Shown here: positions 39,874-49,203 of the stretch, piece by piece
How positions within the stretch are numbered: the first letter of the stretch is position 1
How the letters are laid out: every line of letters starts with the position of its first letter
Assembly: GCA_040755995.1 (NCBI GenBank)
Contig: JBFMAF010000045.1
Span: 20,412-84,411, forward strand
Source: Acidobacteriota bacterium
GTDB taxonomy: Bacteria > Acidobacteriota > CAIWXX01
Direction: 5' to 3'
DNA: 64,000 nucleotides
Notes under the pieces: model-generated
What the model was told of the DNA's origin: nothing
Databases searched by the model: none
What the model saw: the letters and a program-made list of their open reading frames with translations, nothing else
Program-made: the position numbers and the translations under genes

Positions 39874-41724
39874 ATGGCAGAGTACATCATCCAGTGCTGG
39901 AATTGCCTGGGCGAGTTCGACGTTTTCTCGGCAGTCTGGTGTGGGTGCGACCCAAAGAATCCGACCAAGCTCTGTCCATTCTGCCTGAACTGCTTCTGCA
40001 GCGCATCGGCCGAGTACAAGGGGCTGTTCTGGAAGAACGCGCCGCCGCAGCTTGCAGAAGAGCGCGCCACCCTGAACAAGTCCAAGGACCTGCTGGGCGA
40101 CCTGCTGGTCAGATCCAAGAAGATCACTACCGACCAGCTCTTGCAGGCGCTGAAGCAGCAGAAGGAGAGCGGGGAGAGACTCGGCGAGGTGCTCATCGGG
40201 ATGGGATTCATCACAAAGGACGACCTCGACGTGATCCTCGCTCAGCAGCACAGGACCCTCACGGCTGACCTCAAGAACAGGAGAGCGGATGCGTCGCTGG
40301 TCCAGAACCTCGGCCTCGATTTCTGCTTCCAGCACGTGGTACTCCCGATCGAGCGCGAGGTGTTGCCGAACAAGACGTTGACCACCATGGCCATGTCGAA
40401 TCCGCAGAACGTAGCCGCGATAGAGTACGCGCAGAAGCGCCTGGGTTCGCAGATCGTCCCGATGTTCGCCCCAGCCGACGAGATCGTCGAGCAGCTGAAT
40501 GCCCTGAAAGCTCAGGGGATCGGCGTGACTGGTCCAGGGGCGGTGGCCCCAGGCGACCTGGCGGGACTGAACGAGCAGAGAATCAAGTCGACGATGAACA
40601 ACCTCATCGCGACGGCTCTCCAGACGGGCGCCTCCGATCTGTACCTCGAGCCGGGCCCCGGCGAGATCTCGGTCCGCGCCCGCATCGACGGCGTGCTCTT
40701 CAAGATGCAGCCGGTCCAGCGGGACGCCGAGGAGGCTCTTTTCGCCCGGATAAAGCTGCTGGCGAAGTTGAATCCGCAGGACCGCGGGCTGCCCCAATCC
40801 GGCAAGATCATGTTCAAGTCGTCGGCCACCAACTACGAGCTCCAGGTGCAGACGTTCCCGACACCGGCCGGCGAGAGCCTGAATCTCAGGTTCTTCGACA
40901 AGAGCCGGCTCGTTAGGCCCCTGAATGAGATCGGGCTGAATAGCGTCGAGCTGACCTATGTTCAATCGGCCACAACTGAGCAGCAAGGACTGATCATCGT
41001 GAGCGGGCCGCTCTTCAACGCGACTCCCACCACCATGTACTCGCTGCTGCAGAGCCTGGTTGCAGAGGGACGGCGGATCGTGACGATAGAGAACACGGCA
41101 CAATGCGCGCTCGGTGGGGTCACGCAGATGGAGCTGCGGCCGGCTGAGGGAATCGGATTCGAGAAGGCCATAGGCGCCGCGATGAGCCTGGAGCCGCAGA
41201 TCGTGGCCATATTTGACTTCAACGATGTGGAGATGGCGAGGGCCGTCGCCAGGCTGGCCAATTCACTCCTCGTCCTCGTCGAAGTGGACGCGAGATCTTC
41301 GACTCTGGCCATCCCTGCCATGTCCGCCCTCGGATACCCGCCGGATGTCCTCGCCCGTCATCTGCGACTCGTGGTGAATCAGCGACTGGTGCGCAAGCTT
41401 TGCCCGCACTGCCGCGAGCAGATTCAGCCCACCGACTCGCTGCTGGCGGATCTGGACCTGTCCGAAGAGGCTTCAAAGCTCCCGCTCTACAAGGCCAAGG
41501 GTTGCTCACGGTGTCACAACATCGGTTATTCTGGACGGATCCCGATGTACGAGGTCATCTATCCGGTCGACTCCATTCGCGAAGCGGTGGCATCAAAGGC
41601 GCCGGCCGCCGAGCTCGAACGCCTGGCAACCCGCATGGGCCTCCTCACGCTCGGCCAGAACTGCCTCAACAAGGTCAGCGAAGGCCTCACAACCCCGGAC
41701 GAGTACCTCAAGGCCGGGTTTTGA
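39874..41724 (+). CDS. PilB/GspE-like pseudo-ATPase B with N-terminal 8-Cys domain and MshEN domain
   Basis: ASDLYLEP...VRARIDGVL, QRLVRKLCPHC...GCSRC..GYSGR; Walker A replaced by GPLFNATP; 6 bp after paralog A. Confidence 0.87.
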   Translation: MAEYIIQCWNCLGEFDVFSAVWCGCDPKNPTKLCPFCLNCFCSASAEYKGLFWKNAPPQLAEERATLNKSKDLLGDLLVRSKKITTDQLLQALKQQKESGERLGEVLIGMGFITKDDLDVILAQQHRTLTADLKNRRADASLVQNLGLDFCFQHVVLPIEREVLPNKTLTTMAMSNPQNVAAIEYAQKRLGSQIVPMFAPADEIVEQLNALKAQGIGVTGPGAVAPGDLAGLNEQRIKSTMNNLIATALQTGASDLYLEPGPGEISVRARIDGVLFKMQPVQRDAEEALFARIKLLAKLNPQDRGLPQSGKIMFKSSATNYELQVQTFPTPAGESLNLRFFDKSRLVRPLNEIGLNSVELTYVQSATTEQQGLIIVSGPLFNATPTTMYSLLQSLVAEGRRIVTIENTAQCALGGVTQMELRPAEGIGFEKAIGAAMSLEPQIVAIFDFNDVEMARAVARLANSLLVLVEVDARSSTLAIPAMSALGYPPDVLARHLRLVVNQRLVRKLCPHCREQIQPTDSLLADLDLSEEASKLPLYKAKGCSRCHNIGYSGRIPMYEVIYPVDSIREAVASKAPAAELERLATRMGLLTLGQNCLNKVSEGLTTPDEYLKAGF

Positions 41725-41755
41725 GCCGACGGCCCGCGAATAGGCCGGCGCCCAG

Positions 41756-44737
41756 TCAGTCCCCGGGCTCGGCCGCCTGTTGCAGCCTGAGCAGCCCTTT
41801 GTCCTGTTCCCTCAGCAGTGCTCTTCCATCAGGTCCGACGCGAACAACTTTGGACACAGCCTTCACCTCCGCTGCGCCGGCCCGTTCCTGGACGAGCAGA
41901 GACACGAGCTGCAGGGCGCACCAATTCTGATCGTACACGTCGCCTTCGCTCATGCCCTTTCGCAGCACATCCTTGAGGCCTTCGATCGGATAGGGGACGA
42001 TCCAGTTGCGATGGAGCCGGACATGATCGAGGAGCTGCTCGGCTTTGGTCCTGCTGGGAGCACCATCGAGACCGATCGCCCCCCACGCAGCGTCCTCGCG
42101 CGGTGCAGTCACGAACGGAAGGATTCTCAGTCCGTACTCCCGCTGCTCCTCGTAGGAGAGTGGAAATGACGCCGGGTCGCCGAGAAAGGCTCTCAGCTGA
42201 AGAGCCGGCCCCATCGGCAGATATGCATTCGGCAGCGCGGAAAATTTCAACCGCAGGGAATTCAACAACTCACCGTACTCGTTCAGACCGATTGCCTCAC
42301 CCTTCGCCCACCCGGTGTACTTCTGAGCCATCAGGAACTGGCTTGAATAGGCGGCCGAATCGGAACCAAACAGGAAGGACAGAGGGACCGAGGATCCCAT
42401 GAACATCCGCCTGCCTGCGATGTAGTGCAGCCGCGGGTAGTCCATCACCTCGGTGCCCAGGTGGGCAAAGCCGGATACCAGGTACCCCGATGGGAAGATC
42501 TCCCGCAGCAGAATGGCATCGATCGATGGCATGTCTATTTCGCTGAGCGACTCCTTGACCTTGGGATTGGACTCGATCACTCGTGCGGCACGGCCGATCT
42601 CTGCGGCTCCCAACGGCTTGTTCGAGCAGACGAACAGCAGGTCACCTGGGGCCATCATGAAAACCCGCACCTCGCGGAACTCCTGCCGAATTGTGTTCAT
42701 GATGATCCCCAGCATCTCCGTGTCCGCAAGATACACGTGGACCCACTGGGCCAGAATGCCGTCATCCGTGAGATGGTTCTTTGCGAGCTGATAGAACTCC
42801 TCCGAGAAGAGCAGATCCACTCCAGTCACCCACAGATTGGACGGCTCGGATGTGATCACATCCCACTTCTTACCGCCCCTGCCGATGACCCGGAACGCGT
42901 CGGCAACGTGGATGCGCACTCTCGCGTCTTTTTCGATGCCGTGCGCGAAGTCCCTGAATGAGGGCAGCGCGCGAACTACAGTCTCCGAGATCTCGGCCAC
43001 GTCTATGGTTCCCGCGTCCGAGTACAGAGCGAGCTCGCCCGCCGTCACCCCGGTGCCGAGCCCGATGACCATGATGTTCCTTCTTGCCGCCGCGAACAAT
43101 GCCGGAACATGCGCCGATAGCTTCAGGGTGTACATGTCGCCGATCGTAGACGAGTCTGACTTGCCGTTGATGACTATGCTCAAAGGTCTCTTCTCGGCTC
43201 CCCGCAAGGGCGCCCCCTCGATCACAGTCACCGACCCGGTGGGTCCGTCGCCCGCGAACTTCACGTTCAGCCCTCTGAGGTACTCCTCGAAGAAGCGGTC
43301 GGGGCCGTCGTAGGAATGCGCCATCGGTGAGTGCTGGAGGAACGTTCCGATCGCGAAGTGATTCCGGTTGTACATCGGAGCGAAGACGACGCAGATGACG
43401 GCGACGGCCGTCACAATGCTCGCAGCGGCCACCGACTTCCTGGAGACAAACCATGCGGTACAGAAGGTGGAGCAGGATGCCAGCAGAAAAGCCGCCGTGA
43501 ATACGCGCGCGTTGTCCAGGAAGTAGAAGAAGGCGATTCCTCCGATCAGGCTCCCGAGAAGGCTGCCGAGTGTGTTGCAGGAGAAGAGGAGTCCCGAGTG
43601 CCTGCCGACATTGCGCAGATCCCGCTTGAGCTCGTGGAATGCGATGGGCACCGTTGCGCCCATGAAGCCCACCGGGACGAGGAGCAGCGCGGCCAGAGCC
43701 GCGAACACGGTCGCGTGGTAGCCCCAGAAACCGGCAAAGTTGGCCTGATATGCGGTCCGAATGACGTGCGCCCAGTACGGCCACGTGTCCAGCGTCACGT
43801 AGACCACCAGCAGGAGGATCGAGATTGCGAGTTGGTTGACGAAGAGCAGGTTGCGCGGCACATCGCGGAGGCGCCCAACGGCATAACCGCCGCACGCGAT
43901 CGCTAGAATGAAGACCGAAACAATCATCGAAAACGAATACGATGAGCTGCCTATCGACAGGTTCGTGAAACGGATCAGTGTGTTTTCCAGGGTCATCACG
44001 TAGAATCCGCTCATGAACGCCACCACGTACAGCGCCCAAGGCGGGTAGAGGGACTCGACCGCCTGTCGCTCCATCCCCGGCGATTCCGGTCCCGAGGCCT
44101 CGCTGCCGGCGCCGTCTGGTGCCGGTGGCGATGCCAGATAGAAGAACAGGAACGCCGCGAAGTTCAGGAATGCCGCACCCATGATCGTGGGAGGCAGCCC
44201 GTACACCGGAATGAGCAAGAACCCGGCGGCGAGCGTGCCGACGAAGGCGCCGGCCGTGTTCACCGCGTAGATGGTGGCGTGAACGTTGGTGGCTTCCCGG
44301 ATATTCCTGGAGACCGCCCGGGTCAGAAACGGAATCGTCGCTCCCATGCACACCGTGGGGACCCCAATGAGGCAGATCGTGCAGAGCACGCCCTCGATCA
44401 CCATCAGAGCCGAGGGGCTGAAGCTCCAACCGGCCGACAACCTCTGCACGATCGAGAAGATCACGGGGAATTCGACAGCCCAGACGCCGATTATCCCCTC
44501 AAGAATCGCATAGGCTTTGAAATGGTTCTTGACGCGCACCGTGGCTTTGCCACAAACGTAGTATCCCGTCGACAGCCCCCCCAGGAACACGGCCAGCACG
44601 ATGGCCGTCGCAACGCAGTCGCTGCCGAGGAGCCGGCTGAGGTACTTCTGCCAGGTGACCTGGTATATGAGCCCGGCAGCTCCGGTGGCGAAGACCAATA
44701 CGTAGAGCCCTGTGTGGAACAGCGCCCCTCGTCTCAT
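41756..44737 (-). CDS. Fused multi-TM / spermidine synthase-like SAM-binding protein
   Basis: About 13 TM N-terminus (GAAGLIYQVTW, MGATIP); VIGLGTGVT, DVAEIS, DVITSEPSN. Confidence 0.85.
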   Translation of the reverse strand: MRRGALFHTGLYVLVFATGAAGLIYQVTWQKYLSRLLGSDCVATAIVLAVFLGGLSTGYYVCGKATVRVKNHFKAYAILEGIIGVWAVEFPVIFSIVQRLSAGWSFSPSALMVIEGVLCTICLIGVPTVCMGATIPFLTRAVSRNIREATNVHATIYAVNTAGAFVGTLAAGFLLIPVYGLPPTIMGAAFLNFAAFLFFYLASPPAPDGAGSEASGPESPGMERQAVESLYPPWALYVVAFMSGFYVMTLENTLIRFTNLSIGSSSYSFSMIVSVFILAIACGGYAVGRLRDVPRNLLFVNQLAISILLLVVYVTLDTWPYWAHVIRTAYQANFAGFWGYHATVFAALAALLLVPVGFMGATVPIAFHELKRDLRNVGRHSGLLFSCNTLGSLLGSLIGGIAFFYFLDNARVFTAAFLLASCSTFCTAWFVSRKSVAAASIVTAVAVICVVFAPMYNRNHFAIGTFLQHSPMAHSYDGPDRFFEEYLRGLNVKFAGDGPTGSVTVIEGAPLRGAEKRPLSIVINGKSDSSTIGDMYTLKLSAHVPALFAAARRNIMVIGLGTGVTAGELALYSDAGTIDVAEISETVVRALPSFRDFAHGIEKDARVRIHVADAFRVIGRGGKKWDVITSEPSNLWVTGVDLLFSEEFYQLAKNHLTDDGILAQWVHVYLADTEMLGIIMNTIRQEFREVRVFMMAPGDLLFVCSNKPLGAAEIGRAARVIESNPKVKESLSEIDMPSIDAILLREIFPSGYLVSGFAHLGTEVMDYPRLHYIAGRRMFMGSSVPLSFLFGSDSAAYSSQFLMAQKYTGWAKGEAIGLNEYGELLNSLRLKFSALPNAYLPMGPALQLRAFLGDPASFPLSYEEQREYGLRILPFVTAPREDAAWGAIGLDGAPSRTKAEQLLDHVRLHRNWIVPYPIEGLKDVLRKGMSEGDVYDQNWCALQLVSLLVQERAGAAEVKAVSKVVRVGPDGRALLREQDKGLLRLQQAAEPGD

Positions 44738-44910
44738 ACCGCGCGGACTATAGATGATGGTTCCATGCCAGTCAAACCCGGACCGACGTCTCCGCCGCGC
44801 TCTACTCTCTACGCGAGGCGCGGCCAGAGCGGCCTCGCATGCCTCTTCGGTCCGAAGCCGCGCCTGGCTGGAAGTGCTTCCCGATCAAGCCCGCCCGGCG
44901 CGACGCAGGG

Positions 44911-46233
44911 CTAGCTCGACAGCCGCTGCACCTTGAACAGAAAATGCGTCTCGCCGATCTGCAACGCGTCCCCGTCCTTCAGGTACGCCTGCGAGACCTT
45001 CTCGTCGTTCAGGAAAACCCCGTTGGTCGACTTGAGGTCGTACAGCACGAACTTTTCACCGTCGTGCTTCAGCCGGCAGTGATCGCCCGACGCCGTCCTG
45101 TCGTCCAGCACGATATTGTTGCTCCTGTTGCGACCGATGTTCAGCACTCCACACCACGGCACCGGGTAGACTGCGCCCAGGTTCTTCCCCTTCTTCACAA
45201 TCAGAACCGGAGTCTCGAGCATCACCACAGTCGTGTCCATCGTTTCGCTGCCCGGAACCCTCGCGGGATACTCTGACTCCGGCAACGGCGGAGGCTCGTC
45301 GGCCGGGATCGGAGCCGCGTACTCCTGAGGAGGCGGCGGCAGAGCGGCCTCGGACGCGCCGGCCGCAGACGCACAATTGGGGCACTCCGACAGGTAGCTC
45401 TCGATGGCGGTGCCACAGTTGGGACAGATCCGCTGGGCCTTTCGCCTGATCGCCGCAATCAACAGAACGCCGCCGAGCGCGGCAGCCAGCACCGCGCCGG
45501 CAATCCACGGCCACAACGGGCGCTCACGCTGTTCGGTCGGCGGCGGGGCCGCAGGCTTTGCGTGCGGAGCCGTCACGGGCGCAGCCTCAGCCGGCGCCGC
45601 CGCAATAGCAGGGGGCTCGAGCCGCTTCCGCAGCGTATTGAGTAGGGGCTGGATCGCCCCGTCGTCAGGCAGGTCGCCAAATATGCCGCCTGTCAGCTTG
45701 GAGATCCGTCGCAGCGGCTGTTCGTTCACCCTCTTGCCGATGCCGAACGCGCATACCGGAATGGACTGCTCCAGGCACATGCGGACGGAATCTTCGAGAA
45801 GCAGGTCCGAACCATAGTCGCGACCGTCGGTGAAGAGGAGGATGGCGCGCAGTGGAGCCTTCCGTTGAGCCAGCATTTTGCTTGCGTCGAAAATCGCATC
45901 GTAGAGAACCGTGAGCTTCCTTTGCGATTGGAAGTCCAGCCGGTATCCAGTCAGGGATCTCCCGACCTGGAAGTCCAGCAGCGTTTCGGTGTGGTCCGCG
46001 AATGCAACCACTGCATACTCGCAGCCAAACCGCGTCTGCAGGAACTCAGACGCGAGCGATACTGCTCTCTGGGCATACGATTCCGCGACACTGCCGCTGC
46101 AATCGATCAGAACGACATATGACTCCTGAACGGCGCCAAATGCCGGGCCTGCCGTGCTAAGAGCGATCAACAGGGGAGCTGCGGCCAGGGACAAGCGGGC
46201 CAATCCGAACGACCGATCAATCACGTTCACCAT
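44911..46233 (-). CDS. VWA - TM - Zn ribbon - FHA domain protein
   Basis: MIDAS DCSGS...T...FTDG; TM LWPWIAGAVLAAALGGVLLI; CPNC...CPNC; FHA IGR...SGDH...STNG; start approximate. Confidence 0.87.
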   Translation of the reverse strand: MVNVIDRSFGLARLSLAAAPLLIALSTAGPAFGAVQESYVVLIDCSGSVAESYAQRAVSLASEFLQTRFGCEYAVVAFADHTETLLDFQVGRSLTGYRLDFQSQRKLTVLYDAIFDASKMLAQRKAPLRAILLFTDGRDYGSDLLLEDSVRMCLEQSIPVCAFGIGKRVNEQPLRRISKLTGGIFGDLPDDGAIQPLLNTLRKRLEPPAIAAAPAEAAPVTAPHAKPAAPPPTEQRERPLWPWIAGAVLAAALGGVLLIAAIRRKAQRICPNCGTAIESYLSECPNCASAAGASEAALPPPPQEYAAPIPADEPPPLPESEYPARVPGSETMDTTVVMLETPVLIVKKGKNLGAVYPVPWCGVLNIGRNRSNNIVLDDRTASGDHCRLKHDGEKFVLYDLKSTNGVFLNDEKVSQAYLKDGDALQIGETHFLFKVQRLSS

Positions 46234-46337
46234 CTCCTCGATTGTCCTGTCATGTTCACCGGGCTGGGACACGCGGCTTACCCGGCGGCTAGGTATTTGC
46301 CTGACGTCTCACTACAATATAGGGGACTGGACAGGTG

Positions 46338-49127
46338 ATGTCAACGAACGGCCGGCCGGCAGTATTGAATCGCTGCCCCGATCTCCGGGCACTCCGCGCA
46401 GCAGTTCTTTCCGAGATCACCCGAGCCTGGGAGACCGACCCACTCGCGGTGCGGCGGATCGCATTCGTCTTCCGCAACGTCCAGGGGGCGAGTCTGGCCA
46501 AGCTGGCAATCGAAGAGATGGGAGCTGCCTTGGGGCGATGCAGCTTCCTTCTGCCGATCATCACCACCGCTGATCAATTCTGGACGGATCTGCATGGCCC
46601 AGTGAGAAGAGCCGACCCGATACTCCGGGAGGCGCTGCTGTCGGCTCAAACCAGGCGCATGGAGAGCGCGGGCATCACGCTGCCCTTCATGGTCCACCCC
46701 GGGGTTCTCAAGGAACTCCTCGCGCTGGACGATGATATGTCCGACAACGGTGTAGGCCTGGACGAATTCGAGGCAGCATGTCGCGAGGCGTTCGGCGGAT
46801 CGCTGGACGATCCCGGGGCGCAGCGCGCCGAGCAGCTCGGCGCATTCGTGGTCTCCGCGCTGAGGGGATTGCACGCCGAGCTGCAACGCCTCGGCCTCGC
46901 TGGCCCGGCCCGGATTCGCTCCGACGTCTCCTCGTGTGACGCACCGTGTGAGGTGGTGCATGTCATGGATCCACTGCCTCCGGCAGACCTCCGCGCCTTC
47001 GCTCAGATCTCCAACCTGCGCCGGCTCGAGATCTGGGCGACGGTCCGGCAGTGCCGTGCCGGCCTCCAGGAAAGGATCGCGAACGTTCTCCCGTCAATCG
47101 AGGCTAGGGAGATCGGTGGTTCCGCCCACAGACCGGCCCTGATCGCGCATGATGGCGGACCCGTATTCATCTGGCGCGACCGCGAGGACGATCTCACCCG
47201 AACGGCGATCCTCATCAAGCAGCTCGCGAGAGACAAACGCATACGCTCGCTGGAGCGGGCGGCGGTAGTCTTCTCCCGCCCGCTCCCGTACGTCTACCTG
47301 GCCAAGCAGTCGTTCAGCCTCGCGAAAGTGCCGTTCCAGATGGCCGACACGTACCCGCTGTCGGTCGAGCCGTGGGCGGGCGCAGTGGATCTCATTCTGC
47401 AGTTCGTGAGCGGCGGCTTCAGGCGTGAGGATGGGATCGCACTGCTGTCCAGTCCGTTTTTCGATCTCCGAGAGAGGGGGACCGATGGAGCCCTCGCGAC
47501 CGTCTATGAGTTGGCGGATGAGCTTCGAGGCGAGCGCTTCATTGCGGGGCGCGCGGGATGGGAGGGCCGAGGAATCGAGATGGGCGATCTTGACGCGCTG
47601 GCGCGCGACGGGCCGGTCTATCAGAAGGCGCAAACGCTGATGCAGATGGTCGAGCATCGCCGGCGGAGGGACCCGGAGGAACCGGACAGGCACCGCCGCG
47701 CGCGGGCCGCGGTGATGTCGATCCTCGCGTCGATCGCGAGCGCCTACGTACAGGCCGGGCCGACGGAAGCCGCGAGGCCTGCCGGGTTTCGCGCTCTGGT
47801 CCGTCGCTGGATCGATGCGCACACGTTCACTCCTCGACTCGGCGGCGAAGGCGCGCACCTGGTGGACGTCGACAGCGCCCGGCACGGCGACTTCGATCAC
47901 GTTTTCATCGTCGGGCTCGTGGCCGACGAGTGGCCGCGCAAACCCCGCCCGAACATCCTCTTCCCTCGCGCCTTCCTCAGCCGCCTCGGGTGGGAAAGCG
48001 AGGCTTACGAAGCGGCGATGCAGAGGGCGCAGTTCCTGGACCTTGTCGAGAGCGCCGGAGCCACCGTGGCGCTTTCCGCCTTCAGTCTCGAGGAGGACAC
48101 GCCGACGTCGCGTTCGCCGTTCATCGAGCAAGTCCCCGAGCTCGATACGGCACCCGTCGATCGCGGGCGCATCGCCCGGACCGTGGTCGATCCGGCAGCC
48201 GCCCTGGCATTTGGTCTGGCCGTCCCTTCGGGCAGTCCATGGCAGTCTCTCCGTGCCGTTCGATCCAGACTTACGCAAGCGCAATTCGCTGCGCGAATCA
48301 GCGCCGATCCGGTGGGGACCTTGTCTCCCAGCGGGATGGAGCTGTATCTAAGATGCCCGTTCCTGCTTTTCGCCCAGAAACTCGGGCTGAAGTCGCCAGA
48401 CGGACCGGATGAGCGCTGGTCGGGTCCTGAACGTGGAACGATGCTTCACCGCGTCATGCATGACTTCTACGAGGCATGGGACGCGGCAGGCGTGCGTCCC
48501 GTGCTCAGCGTAGACTGGAGCGAGTTCCAGGCGACCTTCGTGAAGGTGCTCGAGATCCATCTTCCGAGCGTGCCGCAGGCAGAACGGGGAATCGAGAGAG
48601 CACGGTACACCGGGTCGATGATGGCCGCCGGAATCATCGAGAAGGTGTTCAGAGCGGAGCTGGCCGGCGGTGTGAATCCTCGGCAGCGATGGCTCGAATT
48701 CGAGTTCGATGGCCGTTTCGAGTTGCGTGGCGCGGGCGACGCTGCCGAGGTGTCGATCGACGGTCGCATCGATCGACTGGAACTGGCAGTCGACGGGCGA
48801 GCACGGGTTATCGATTACAAACTCAGCAATCCCCCATCGGCGAAGGTGGCCGTCCAGCCATGGCTCTACGCTGCTTGCGTGGAGCAACTGTCGGCCGCCG
48901 GCGAGCTGCCGGCAATGGAAGGGTGCGACGGACTGTACTACCCGTTCGGCAAGGACACCATCGCGACCGCGCGCTCAGCGAACATGGCTGCCCGCGATGC
49001 CGCCATCGGCCGCGCCCTCAGCGCAATACGCGGGATGGAGGCCGGCCGCTACTCGCCCCGGCCATACTCACCGCACATCTGCGGGTATTGCGATTTCTAC
49101 CGGCTGTGCCGGAAGGAGATCGAGTGA
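46338..49127 (+). CDS. addB: AddB/RexB-like PD-(D/E)xK nuclease subunit
   Basis: Degenerate helicase-like N-terminus; LSPS..ELYLRCPF, RGTMLH, GRIDRLE, IDYK, CGYCDFYRLC (Fe-S staple pattern). Confidence 0.8.
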   Translation: MSTNGRPAVLNRCPDLRALRAAVLSEITRAWETDPLAVRRIAFVFRNVQGASLAKLAIEEMGAALGRCSFLLPIITTADQFWTDLHGPVRRADPILREALLSAQTRRMESAGITLPFMVHPGVLKELLALDDDMSDNGVGLDEFEAACREAFGGSLDDPGAQRAEQLGAFVVSALRGLHAELQRLGLAGPARIRSDVSSCDAPCEVVHVMDPLPPADLRAFAQISNLRRLEIWATVRQCRAGLQERIANVLPSIEAREIGGSAHRPALIAHDGGPVFIWRDREDDLTRTAILIKQLARDKRIRSLERAAVVFSRPLPYVYLAKQSFSLAKVPFQMADTYPLSVEPWAGAVDLILQFVSGGFRREDGIALLSSPFFDLRERGTDGALATVYELADELRGERFIAGRAGWEGRGIEMGDLDALARDGPVYQKAQTLMQMVEHRRRRDPEEPDRHRRARAAVMSILASIASAYVQAGPTEAARPAGFRALVRRWIDAHTFTPRLGGEGAHLVDVDSARHGDFDHVFIVGLVADEWPRKPRPNILFPRAFLSRLGWESEAYEAAMQRAQFLDLVESAGATVALSAFSLEEDTPTSRSPFIEQVPELDTAPVDRGRIARTVVDPAAALAFGLAVPSGSPWQSLRAVRSRLTQAQFAARISADPVGTLSPSGMELYLRCPFLLFAQKLGLKSPDGPDERWSGPERGTMLHRVMHDFYEAWDAAGVRPVLSVDWSEFQATFVKVLEIHLPSVPQAERGIERARYTGSMMAAGIIEKVFRAELAGGVNPRQRWLEFEFDGRFELRGAGDAAEVSIDGRIDRLELAVDGRARVIDYKLSNPPSAKVAVQPWLYAACVEQLSAAGELPAMEGCDGLYYPFGKDTIATARSANMAARDAAIGRALSAIRGMEAGRYSPRPYSPHICGYCDFYRLCRKEIE

Positions 49128-49165
49128 CGGAGACGGAGAACCGGAGAACGGGGGAAACCGAGACG
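49128..49165 (+). repeat. Intergenic CGGAGA short-repeat cluster
   Basis: cggaga-cggaga-accggaga-acggggga-aaccgaga directly after the addB stop. Confidence 0.7.
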
Positions 49166-49203
49166 TGGTGAGTGGAACTTGACGTTCTGGGGAAAGAGAG
49201 TGC

